Below are positions 36,281-44,076 of a stretch of DNA of 44,076 nucleotides, piece after piece. How positions within the stretch are numbered: position 1 is the stretch's first letter; the number at the start of each line of letters is the position of its first letter. This DNA is from Thermoproteota archaeon (lineage in GTDB: Archaea; Thermoproteota; EX4484-205; JAAOZP01): contig JBNAVT010000018.1 of NCBI GenBank assembly GCA_049700215.1, positions 1-44,076 of the forward strand, in the 5' to 3' direction. A program made the position numbers and the translations under genes. The notes beneath the pieces were generated by a model that saw only the letters and a list, made by a program, of their open reading frames with translations, was not told where the DNA came from and did not search any database.

Positions 36281-37954
36281 TTGCCAGCCGTCGTAGCGGA
36301 GAAAACAAGCCGGTTTAGAAAAACAGTGCGTAGGCTTATCACTCGGCTGGACAAGCTCTCTGAGAGGAAAACAGTCGCGTATTTCCTCTACTTCGCCTCA
36401 GTAATCTTCTTTCTCGGCATTATTCTCCTCCCCTCCCTTCTCGGGATCCTGCTCAAGCTAGACGCAGCCTTGAGTATAGTGTCAGACCCGGAGCTGCTGC
36501 AGAGATCCGTTTCAGCAGTCCTATCGTCGATAATCATGGCGGGCCTAGTCTCCGCGCTGGACGTGGCAGCCGGCTTGCCCCTTGCCTGGATTATCACTAG
36601 GAAGAAATGCTGGTGGATGAATATAGTTGATTCTCTGGTGGATTTCCCCCTGATAGTTCCGACAGTAATACTGGGCTATTCGACGCTGATACTTTGGTGC
36701 GAGGAAACCCCCTTCGCAGCACTCGGTTTCCAAGGTTTTTCACCCGGTTTTCTAACCGTTCTACTCCTGCATTTCTCCTTCTCCTACCCCGTGGTCGTAA
36801 GGGTTCTGGTGGGTAAACTGATGGAGATAGAGGCCACGTACGAGGTTGCCGCCAGGACGCTCGGAGCATGCCCGTTCACAACCGCCAGGACGATAACAAT
36901 TCCGATGCTTAAATCCGGCATTATAACCTCGCTAATCCTGTCTTTCGCAAGATCCCTTTCAGAAACCGGTGCGACAATAATGGTGGCGGGAAGCTTTGAA
37001 AACGGGCCTGTCTTAATAAAAAGATCCATAGACGCTGGGCTGGTCTCCCCCCTGGTTTTCGTAAGCCTCGTGCTGACAGTGCTCTCAATACTGATACTCG
37101 CTGGACTGAAACTCTTAGGATTCAAGGTTAGAATACCGTTTAGAAGAGCCTACAGGGTTGAAGCAGCCTTAGGCAGCAGACCCGTAACCCGCGTTAGAGA
37201 CTTTTCAGCCTTAATCATCTTCCTTTTCCTAGTTCTCCTGCCTGCCTCCTACATGGTTCTCGCAAGAATACGATTAATGCTTTTCTCCAGCGTGCTGGGA
37301 GAAGCCTTTCTCCCGGGACCAGTATGGTCCTCATACTGGGCAAGCGTATGGAACTCTTACGTAATAGGCCTGCTGACAACCCTGATCAACACCCTGTTCA
37401 GCCTACCAATGGCGACGATAATAGTCAGGAGAAAACTGGGAAACCGGTTTTCAAGGCTGCTGGAGGCTTTAAGCAATATTTCCATAATAATTCCCTCCGT
37501 CGCCCTAGGAGTGTCACTAAGCCTTTTCTGGGGGTCCACGGGAGCCTCAGACTTCATCCTGGTTCTCCTAGCGCATCTATGCATAACCTATCCCTACATG
37601 GTTGCAACAATGGTTTCAGCGCTTGAAGACATTCCTGTGGAGCTTGAGGAAGCTGGAAGAACCCTTGGGGGAACACCGTTCGCAGTCTTCAGGTCGATCG
37701 TGCTTCCGGTGGCGAAGTATTCCTTCCTGTCTGGGGCGATACTTACGTTCACAAGGAGCGTGAACGAAACTGGAGCTACGCTGGCAGTTTCAAAAACATT
37801 CAAAACGGTCTCAGTATTGCTCGTCGAATGGGTTAAGTCGCCCGCGATGAGGGTTGAGGCCGGCGCCGGCACGATGATACTCATGTTCTTCTCAGTAATC
37901 ATCCTCATAGTCTTCAGATACCTGTATACTAGAGGGGGCGGCGCGGTTGCCTAA
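36281..37954 (+). CDS. ABC importer permease with two fused TM domains (iron/oxyanion-type)
   Basis: GLPLAW, DFPLIVPTV, EAA loops YEVAARTLGA and LEEAGRTLGG, FARSLSETGAT and FTRSVNETGAT. Confidence 0.88.
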   Translation: MPAVVAEKTSRFRKTVRRLITRLDKLSERKTVAYFLYFASVIFFLGIILLPSLLGILLKLDAALSIVSDPELLQRSVSAVLSSIIMAGLVSALDVAAGLPLAWIITRKKCWWMNIVDSLVDFPLIVPTVILGYSTLILWCEETPFAALGFQGFSPGFLTVLLLHFSFSYPVVVRVLVGKLMEIEATYEVAARTLGACPFTTARTITIPMLKSGIITSLILSFARSLSETGATIMVAGSFENGPVLIKRSIDAGLVSPLVFVSLVLTVLSILILAGLKLLGFKVRIPFRRAYRVEAALGSRPVTRVRDFSALIIFLFLVLLPASYMVLARIRLMLFSSVLGEAFLPGPVWSSYWASVWNSYVIGLLTTLINTLFSLPMATIIVRRKLGNRFSRLLEALSNISIIIPSVALGVSLSLFWGSTGASDFILVLLAHLCITYPYMVATMVSALEDIPVELEEAGRTLGGTPFAVFRSIVLPVAKYSFLSGAILTFTRSVNETGATLAVSKTFKTVSVLLVEWVKSPAMRVEAGAGTMILMFFSVIILIVFRYLYTRGGGAVA

Positions 37955-39041
37955 GGTTGTTTTAGAAAACGTTTCCAAGAGGTTTGGGAGAATCACTGCT
38001 CTAGACGGTATCAGCCTGACGCTTGAAGACGGGGAGTACAGCTGTATCCTTGGCCCGACGGGAAGCGGTAAGACGACGCTTCTAAAGACTATAGCGGGGC
38101 TTGTTGAGCCTGATGCTGGCGATGTTTACATCGATGGGAAACGTGTAACTGGAACACCCCCGGAGAAAAGGAACGCGGCCTACATGCATCAAAACTACGC
38201 GCTCTTTCCACACTTGACGGTCAGCCAGAACATAGTCTTCGGCTTAACCGCGAGGGGTTTCGGCGAGGAAGCCGCGAGGAGAAGGGTTTCAGAGGTTCTC
38301 GAGATAGTTAAGCTCGGAGAATGGGCAAACGCTTATCCGAGAGAGCTCAGCGGGGGGATGCAGCAGAGAGTTGCCCTAGCCAGGTGCCTGGCAACAGGGG
38401 CGCGGCTCCTCCTTCTCGACGAGCCTCTTGGCGCGCTTGACGCCAGGCTAAGGCTGGAGGTCAGGAGAGAGTTGAGCAGGATAGCTGAGGAGCTTAACCT
38501 AACGGTGATCCACGTCACCCACGACCAGTCGGAAGCCCTGTCTCTCGCAGACAGGCTAATACTCATGAGGAACGGGAGAATCGTCCAGACTGGTTCCCCA
38601 CTAGAGGTTTATTTCAAGCCTAACAGTGTTTTCTCAGCTTATTTCGTCGGGGAGAGCGTTTTCCTTGAAAGCGTTGTTGCAAGGGTTGAGGGAAAGCTCG
38701 TCTACTTAGAGCTTAGAAACGGCACGGTTATTGAAGCATTATCCAACTATGGTTTCAACAGGGGGGAGTTGGCTGTGGCTGCAGTGAGATGTGAAGACAT
38801 AGTGGTTGGCGAAGGGCCCTTAACAGGTCTTCTCAAGGAGGTAAGCTTCCTAGGCAGCTTCTCCAAGCTGGTTTTCGAACTCCAAGGAGGTTTGAAAATA
38901 CATGTGAACATGCCTTTGTCAAGATTTATTAAAGGAGGGTTCAGGACTGGAGAAAGCTTCCAGCTATCCATACCCAGGGAAAGAGTCTACTTGTTCAAGT
39001 ATCCGCCAACGGGTTTAGCGAGGGAGATAGAGGCGGTCTGA
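37947..39041 (+). CDS. ABC importer ATPase 1 (with TOBE domain)
   Basis: GPTGSGKTT, LSGGMQQR, LLLDEP and HVTHDQ. Confidence 0.92.
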   Translation: MPKVVLENVSKRFGRITALDGISLTLEDGEYSCILGPTGSGKTTLLKTIAGLVEPDAGDVYIDGKRVTGTPPEKRNAAYMHQNYALFPHLTVSQNIVFGLTARGFGEEAARRRVSEVLEIVKLGEWANAYPRELSGGMQQRVALARCLATGARLLLLDEPLGALDARLRLEVRRELSRIAEELNLTVIHVTHDQSEALSLADRLILMRNGRIVQTGSPLEVYFKPNSVFSAYFVGESVFLESVVARVEGKLVYLELRNGTVIEALSNYGFNRGELAVAAVRCEDIVVGEGPLTGLLKEVSFLGSFSKLVFELQGGLKIHVNMPLSRFIKGGFRTGESFQLSIPRERVYLFKYPPTGLAREIEAV

Positions 39042-39043
39042 AA

Positions 39044-40120
39044 ATGCCCAGTGTTAAAGTTGAGGGCGTAACAAAGACGTTCGGAGGCTTCAAAGCCCTG
39101 GAGGACATCGATATACGCGTGGAAGACAGGGAGTACGTAACTATAATCGGCCCATCGGGGTGTGGTAAAACAACCCTGTTGAGGATAATCGCTGGCATAA
39201 TCAGGGATTACGAGGGTCACGTCTACGTGGACGGGAGGCTTTTCAACGATAAGCCGCTGGAGGAGAGGGGAATCGGATACGTGTTTCAAAACATTGCCCT
39301 ATTCCCGAATATGAACGTCGGCGGGAATGTTTCATTCAGCCCTAGGGCAAAAGGGCTGGACGACAGTGTTGTGAAAACAACCACGCTGGAGATGCTTGAG
39401 CTCATGAAGCTGGGGGACCGCTACCATGATCACCCGAGGGCTTTAAGCGGGGGAATGCAGCAGAAGACGGCTTTAGCCAGGGCATTAGCCTCTGGCGCGA
39501 GGCTAATGCTCCTAGACGAGCCTCTCTCACTCCTAGACCTGAAGGTTAGGACTGAGCTTAGATACGAGCTTAGGCGAATCGTTAAAGACCTCGGCTTAAC
39601 AGCCATACACGTGACCCATGACCAGGAGGAGGCCATGGCGATCTCGGACAGGATAATAGTTATGAGGAGGGCTCGAGTGGTTGAAGACGGCACCCCCTTA
39701 GACCTTTATCTGCACCCCAAGAATATTTTCACAGCCTATTTCCTTGGGGAGTCGAACATTTTCGAGGGAAGCGTTGCTGAGGCGGGTGAAGACACTGCTT
39801 CAATAGACTTGGGAGGCCTGTTGATCAGGGCTAGAAACACTGGCTTTCAACCCGGGGAGAAAGTTGTAGTAATGATTAGGCCTGAGCTTATAGAGATAGG
39901 GGGGAGCATTAGCGGGAGGGTTTTGAAGAAAACTTTAGAAGGACTGTTCAACCGGCTTGTTATCGATGTTAACGGTATGAGAATAGTTGTTAAACAACCC
40001 CACTCGATTGTTTCAGAAGTGGGTGAAGGCTCCACAGTAAAGATAAGGCTGCCTGAGGAACACGTCTTAGTCTATAAGCATCCGGGGAGAGACTTATATA
40101 GCGAGGTCTCGCTTTATTAA
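39044..40120 (+). CDS. ABC importer ATPase 2 (with TOBE domain)
   Basis: GPSGCGKTT, LSGGMQQK, MLLDEP and HVTHDQ. Confidence 0.92.
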   Translation: MPSVKVEGVTKTFGGFKALEDIDIRVEDREYVTIIGPSGCGKTTLLRIIAGIIRDYEGHVYVDGRLFNDKPLEERGIGYVFQNIALFPNMNVGGNVSFSPRAKGLDDSVVKTTTLEMLELMKLGDRYHDHPRALSGGMQQKTALARALASGARLMLLDEPLSLLDLKVRTELRYELRRIVKDLGLTAIHVTHDQEEAMAISDRIIVMRRARVVEDGTPLDLYLHPKNIFTAYFLGESNIFEGSVAEAGEDTASIDLGGLLIRARNTGFQPGEKVVVMIRPELIEIGGSISGRVLKKTLEGLFNRLVIDVNGMRIVVKQPHSIVSEVGEGSTVKIRLPEEHVLVYKHPGRDLYSEVSLY

Positions 40121-40127
40121 GTTAAAA

Positions 40128-40814
40128 TTGCCGTATAGAGACTTGGAGGAGTGGCTTAGGGACCGGAGAAAGGCTAGGTCGCTCGAGCTGCTGGCCTCCC
40201 ACGCGGACAAGGTTTTCCAGGTTGTCGACGAGCTTCTGAATATCACCAGGGCCTCGATGAATGCTCAGGCAAGTGAGGTGAGCATCACGTATGCGAGGCA
40301 GGACCAGATAGAGAGGGATGCTGATTTCCTCAGGAGGAGAGTCATGGATGAGATTGCTAGAAGCGAGCTTTCACCAGACATGAAGAAGTATTTCATGGAG
40401 CTTTCGAAGGAAGTCGACATGGTTGCGGACTATGCTCATGGAGCAGGCAGGATACTGACTTTTCTACCCTTAAACGGCCTGGATCCAGGGATTAAGGACA
40501 AGATATGGCAGATGTGTGTTAAGACAAGGGAGTGCGCCTCAAGCCTTAGGGACGCCTTAGCAGCATTAGCGTCAACGGATTATGATAAAGCGGTTCGTTT
40601 AAGCGATATGGTTGAGGAGGGGGAGAAGGAGGTGGACATGCTTTACGCGGAAGCCAGGAGAACACTCTTAGGCGACGAATACTCCGGCATCGATCCGAGG
40701 ATAATCCTGTTTCTCACAGAGTTTCTAAAGGCTATTGAAGAAACATGCGACAGGTGTGAAGACTCCATAGATCATTTCAGGGTTCTCCTTGTAGGTCTTA
40801 CGAGGCCGATGTGA
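40128..40814 (+). CDS. DUF47 / PhoU-like helical protein
   Basis: Repeated ExxxD motifs: IERDADFLRR, VDMVAD, EKEVDMLY and ETCDRCED. Confidence 0.85.
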   Translation: MPYRDLEEWLRDRRKARSLELLASHADKVFQVVDELLNITRASMNAQASEVSITYARQDQIERDADFLRRRVMDEIARSELSPDMKKYFMELSKEVDMVADYAHGAGRILTFLPLNGLDPGIKDKIWQMCVKTRECASSLRDALAALASTDYDKAVRLSDMVEEGEKEVDMLYAEARRTLLGDEYSGIDPRIILFLTEFLKAIEETCDRCEDSIDHFRVLLVGLTRPM

Positions 40815-40819
40815 AAAAA

Positions 40820-42388
40820 TTAAGCGTTGATCTTCTCAACAACCCCGAGCCCCCTGGTTCTCCCCTCTCTGAAAATAAAAGTATCCCCAATCCTTATGTA
40901 TTCAGGCCTCTTTATGAATTCAAACTCGACGACATCCGTGTCCCCCGTCCTCAAAGCCTGCTTCCTCATCCTAACTATTTTCGCAGCCTGTTTAACCGTC
41001 CTAGTCTGTATCACAGGCTCGTAGCCCAGCATAATGGTGGTTGGATGATGCAGAATCCTGACTTCAGCAGTAAACCTTCTCACAGCGTAGGCTCTGGCCT
41101 CAACGTCGAGCAGAACCATTCCAGTCCTAATCTCATCGTAGTCAACGTTTGTTATTGCTAACGCGGCTATCTGGCCTGCAGCAGCCTTTTCAACGTGAAC
41201 CCTGTTCACGTGAATAGACTTAACCCTGACTGTTCTGAAGGAGCCGTCGTCGAAAGGCCCGAGCAGAAGCATCTCATCCTTCTTAACAACCCCCTGCTCG
41301 ACGAGCCCGCCTACAACAAGTCCAACACCCTCAACGTAGAACTTCTCATCTATGAAGCAAAGCGTCTCCATGCCTGCTTTCTCAGACCAGTCTGTCTTAG
41401 GCGGCAGGGCGTTTAGAAAAGCCTTAAGCTCAGGCAAACCCTGTCCAGTAGTGTTTGAAACAAGGAACACGGGGCAGACTCTTAGGTGGGGCATTATCCT
41501 GGCAGCCAGAGACGCATCCCCCCTGCTCTTTATGATGAATGGGATCTTGTTAACCCCTGGAAGCTTGAGAATCGACTCAACGTCGCTCACCGTCCTCGAC
41601 AAGACTTCTCCAGGAGTCATATCAACCTTGGTAACAACCATGAAAACAGGTATTTTAAGCGCAACCGTCAGGCCAAGGTGCTCCCTGAAGGTTCCGATGG
41701 GCCCAGCGTTGCCGCCTACAACTATGCAAACGTAATCCGGAACGTTCCCCAGCACTCCTCTTATCGTGGTCTTCAAATACTTCTCGTGCCCGGCGAGATC
41801 TATAAGGGAAACTATTTTCGAGCCGTTCAGGAATATCTTGGACTCGTCGTAGGAGCCGAGGCTGTCGTTAATAGACTCTCCCTTCGAGTCGAAGCCTAGG
41901 AGGTGAATCGCTACTGACGACGACCTTCTAAGCGTGATCTCGTGAAGATACCTTGCAACCATGCTCATCGCAGCCCCGTTCCCGTCGTCCAGCTTCCCCG
42001 ACACTAGAACACCCTTCAAAGTTGATTTGCCTGAGTCAACATTGCCCAGAAGGGCTACTGAAACCTGGACCGGCGGAAAGTCCACAGTCCTCCTTACAAG
42101 GATTTCGAAAACCCTTCCCCTTCTAGCTTTCTCAACCCTAGTCACCATGTAGGACGCCCCCACCATGCTGGTTATCCTGTCCAGTGTCTGGAGGGATTTC
42201 TCAGCCTCCTCATCCGTTAGGCCAACCGTCTCACCGTCGTCGCTAACACCCAGCTCGTAGAAAGCCTCCCCCCTTCCCTCGTTAAGCCTGTAGTTCAACT
42301 GGGTTGCAAGCTGCTGCAGCCTCTTCTCGTCGCTGGCGGCGAATAGAAGCTTGTACTCGACGTTCCCCTCTTCCCTCTCCTTTTCCAA
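40820..42388 (-). CDS. GTPBP1/GTPBP2-family translational GTPase
   Basis: N-domain EGNVEYKL..GEAFYELGVSDDG; G1 GNVDSGKST, G3 DLAGHEKY, G4 TKVD, G5 VSN; EF-Tu-like domains II/III ending FREGRTRGLG. Confidence 0.92.
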   Translation of the reverse strand: MEKEREEGNVEYKLLFAASDEKRLQQLATQLNYRLNEGRGEAFYELGVSDDGETVGLTDEEAEKSLQTLDRITSMVGASYMVTRVEKARRGRVFEILVRRTVDFPPVQVSVALLGNVDSGKSTLKGVLVSGKLDDGNGAAMSMVARYLHEITLRRSSSVAIHLLGFDSKGESINDSLGSYDESKIFLNGSKIVSLIDLAGHEKYLKTTIRGVLGNVPDYVCIVVGGNAGPIGTFREHLGLTVALKIPVFMVVTKVDMTPGEVLSRTVSDVESILKLPGVNKIPFIIKSRGDASLAARIMPHLRVCPVFLVSNTTGQGLPELKAFLNALPPKTDWSEKAGMETLCFIDEKFYVEGVGLVVGGLVEQGVVKKDEMLLLGPFDDGSFRTVRVKSIHVNRVHVEKAAAGQIAALAITNVDYDEIRTGMVLLDVEARAYAVRRFTAEVRILHHPTTIMLGYEPVIQTRTVKQAAKIVRMRKQALRTGDTDVVEFEFIKRPEYIRIGDTFIFREGRTRGLGVVEKINA

Positions 42389-42439
42389 CTGTTCTCGATT
42401 ACGAGAGCCAGAAGTTGATAACTTTACCGCCCACCCCTT

Positions 42440-44076
42440 TTACGATGCTTGACTAAGCTTTTTCCTGCTCAAGCAGGCTTCTATGAAGCCTTTGAAGAGC
42501 GGTGCCGGCCTAAGGGGTCTTGACTTAAACTCTGGGTGTGCCTGCGTGGCGACGAAGAACGGGTGGGTACTGAGCTCGATGAACTCCACGAGCCTGTTGT
42601 CTGGGGAAACTCCTGAGAAAACCATTCCGGATTCCCGTAGAACACTATGATAATCAGGGTTAACCTCGTACCTGTGCCTATGCCTCTCGTAAACCACAGC
42701 CGCATCGCCGTAGAGCCTTGAAACAAGCGTTCCCGGCTTCAAAACCGCCGGGTAAGCCCCCAGCCGCATGGAAGCCCCGTATCTCGAATCCTTCAAAACC
42801 TCTTTCTGCTCAGGAAGAATATCTATAACCGGGTGGGGCGTAGAAGGGTTGAACTCAGTCGAATCAGCCCCCCGGAGGCCGGCGACGTTTCTCGCATACT
42901 CCACCACCGCCAGCTGAAGCCCGAGGCACAGCCCTAGGAAGGGAATGCTTTTTTCCCTAGCATGCCTTATCGCCATTATCTTGCCCTCAATGCCTTTCGA
43001 CCCAAATCCTCCTGGAACTATCACGCCGTCTAGTTCCTCAAGCCTGTAAAGATTCTCAGGATTCTCCTCGAAATCCGCCGAATCTATGAACCTGAGAGAA
43101 GGCTTTACGAAAAACGCTGCGCAAGCATGCTTAACAGCCTCTATGACCGATATGTAGGCGTCTGGAAGCCTGTACTCGCCTGTTTCAAAATATTTACCAA
43201 CTATCCCGACCCTGACCTCCTCGGTTGCAGTGTTTAAAGCGTTAACAAAAGCCTTCCAGTCTTCAAGCCTAGGCTCCCTCTGCCCCATTCCAAACTTCGC
43301 TAGAATCTTGGCGCCCAGGCTCTGCTCCTCGAAAACCAGCGGAAGCTCGTAGACATTCTTTAAATCCGGGTCTGAAATAATATGGTCCTTAGGAATGTTG
43401 CAGAATATCGATATCTTGCTCTTTCTAACATCGTCTATCGGCTCCTCGGACCTGCATACTATGAAGTCGGGCTGTATGCCCAGTTCGCCGAGCCTCTCGA
43501 CAGACTGTTGAACAGGCTTAGTCTTCATCTCTCCCAAGTGTTTAGGAATAGGCAGGTACGCCACGTGAACGAATATAACCCTGTCACCGTCAGCCTTCAT
43601 CATTCTCGCAGCCATGTAGTATATCTCACTCTGATACTCGCCGACCGTCCCACCTATCTCAACAATGGTGAAGTCAGCCTCAGCCTCCTCAGCCGCAGCT
43701 CTTATTCTCCGCTTTATCTCGTCAGTTATATGCGGAATAACCTCAACCGTCTTGCCGAGGTACTCGCCCCTCCTCTCCCTCTCTATAACCGCCCCATACA
43801 CCTGGCCGGTTGTAATATTGTTCCTCCTTGGAATGTTTATGTCCAGGAACCTTTCATAGTGCCCAAGATCCTGGTCTATTTCGCCACTGTCCTCGGTGAC
43901 CCATACCTCTCCATGCTCAGTCGGTCTGAGTGTGCCAGCATCATAATTAAGGTAGGGGTCTATTTTCACAGCTGTTACACGGTAACCTCTTGCCTGAAGA
44001 ATCTTCCCTATCGAGGCTGCGGTAATGCCCTTCCCTATGCCGCTGATAACCCCGCCGGTCACAAATATGTAGTTTG
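42440..44076 (-). CDS. pyrG: CTP synthase (start lies just beyond the right edge)
   Basis: Frame is open to the edge (NYIFVTGGVISGIGKG); KIDPY, HGEV, KTKP.Q, GLCLGLQ, RHRHRYE and QAHPE. Confidence 0.97.
   Translation of the reverse strand, partial: NYIFVTGGVISGIGKGITAASIGKILQARGYRVTAVKIDPYLNYDAGTLRPTEHGEVWVTEDSGEIDQDLGHYERFLDINIPRRNNITTGQVYGAVIERERRGEYLGKTVEVIPHITDEIKRRIRAAAEEAEADFTIVEIGGTVGEYQSEIYYMAARMMKADGDRVIFVHVAYLPIPKHLGEMKTKPVQQSVERLGELGIQPDFIVCRSEEPIDDVRKSKISIFCNIPKDHIISDPDLKNVYELPLVFEEQSLGAKILAKFGMGQREPRLEDWKAFVNALNTATEEVRVGIVGKYFETGEYRLPDAYISVIEAVKHACAAFFVKPSLRFIDSADFEENPENLYRLEELDGVIVPGGFGSKGIEGKIMAIRHAREKSIPFLGLCLGLQLAVVEYARNVAGLRGADSTEFNPSTPHPVIDILPEQKEVLKDSRYGASMRLGAYPAVLKPGTLVSRLYGDAAVVYERHRHRYEVNPDYHSVLRESGMVFSGVSPDNRLVEFIELSTHPFFVATQAHPEFKSRPLRPAPLFKGFIEACLSRKKLSQAS

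Noticed and set aside
40811-41161. 116-aa plus-strand ORF overlapping the DUF47 stop
   Set aside because: Almost entirely antisense to the conserved GTPBP C-terminus.
439-43859. Many short ORFs in the track that are antisense or off-frame within recognised genes (e.g. 463-795, 9134-9544, 19430-19972, 41352-41735)
   Set aside because: They lie inside well-supported genes, have shadow-ORF composition (Ser/Pro/Thr-rich) and show no motifs.
1-44076. CRISPR arrays, tRNA/rRNA genes, transposases, integrases or defence islands
   Set aside because: No spaced direct repeats, cloverleaf or T-loop signatures, or mobile-element ORFs seen by eye. tRNAscan-SE and Infernal would be needed to exclude split or intron-containing tRNAs.

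Overview
This 44 kb window is gene-dense archaeal chromosome, most likely from a thermophilic TACK/Thermoproteota-type lineage. The evidence is crenactin, an XPD helicase, Trm5, Dim1/KsgA, an archaeal GTPBP1/2-type GTPase, TATA-like boxes about 25-30 bp before short or leaderless starts, and many TTG/GTG starts. The exact lineage cannot be fixed from the sequence. Most of the window is housekeeping and transport: partial alpha/beta hydrolase, dolichol/phytol-type kinase, Lrp, flavodiiron protein, MFS, macrodomain, IMPase/FBPase, SufS/SufU, cysteine synthase, SpeD/SpeE, ferritin-like, NUDIX, PHP, three ABC systems, AEC, DUF47 and partial PyrG. Highlights: (1) a crenactin gene coupled to an arcadin-2-like gene that has a degenerate nuclease-like N-domain, a coiled coil and an NPWVEILSKR tail; (2) a complete TPP riboswitch before a thiBPQ-type operon, with a readable anti-P1/anti-Shine-Dalgarno switch, which is rare in archaea; (3) two Ig-repeat surface proteins near the actin locus; (4) a membrane protein plus winged-helix pair facing a secreted protein across a nested repeat; (5) an ABC importer with two different ATPases, a PhoU-like gene and no adjacent binding protein; (6) a very eukaryote-like GTPBP1/2; (7) a candidate C/D-box sRNA. 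I found no tRNA, rRNA, CRISPR array or mobile element. All calls are by-eye motif recognition; no database searches were run.
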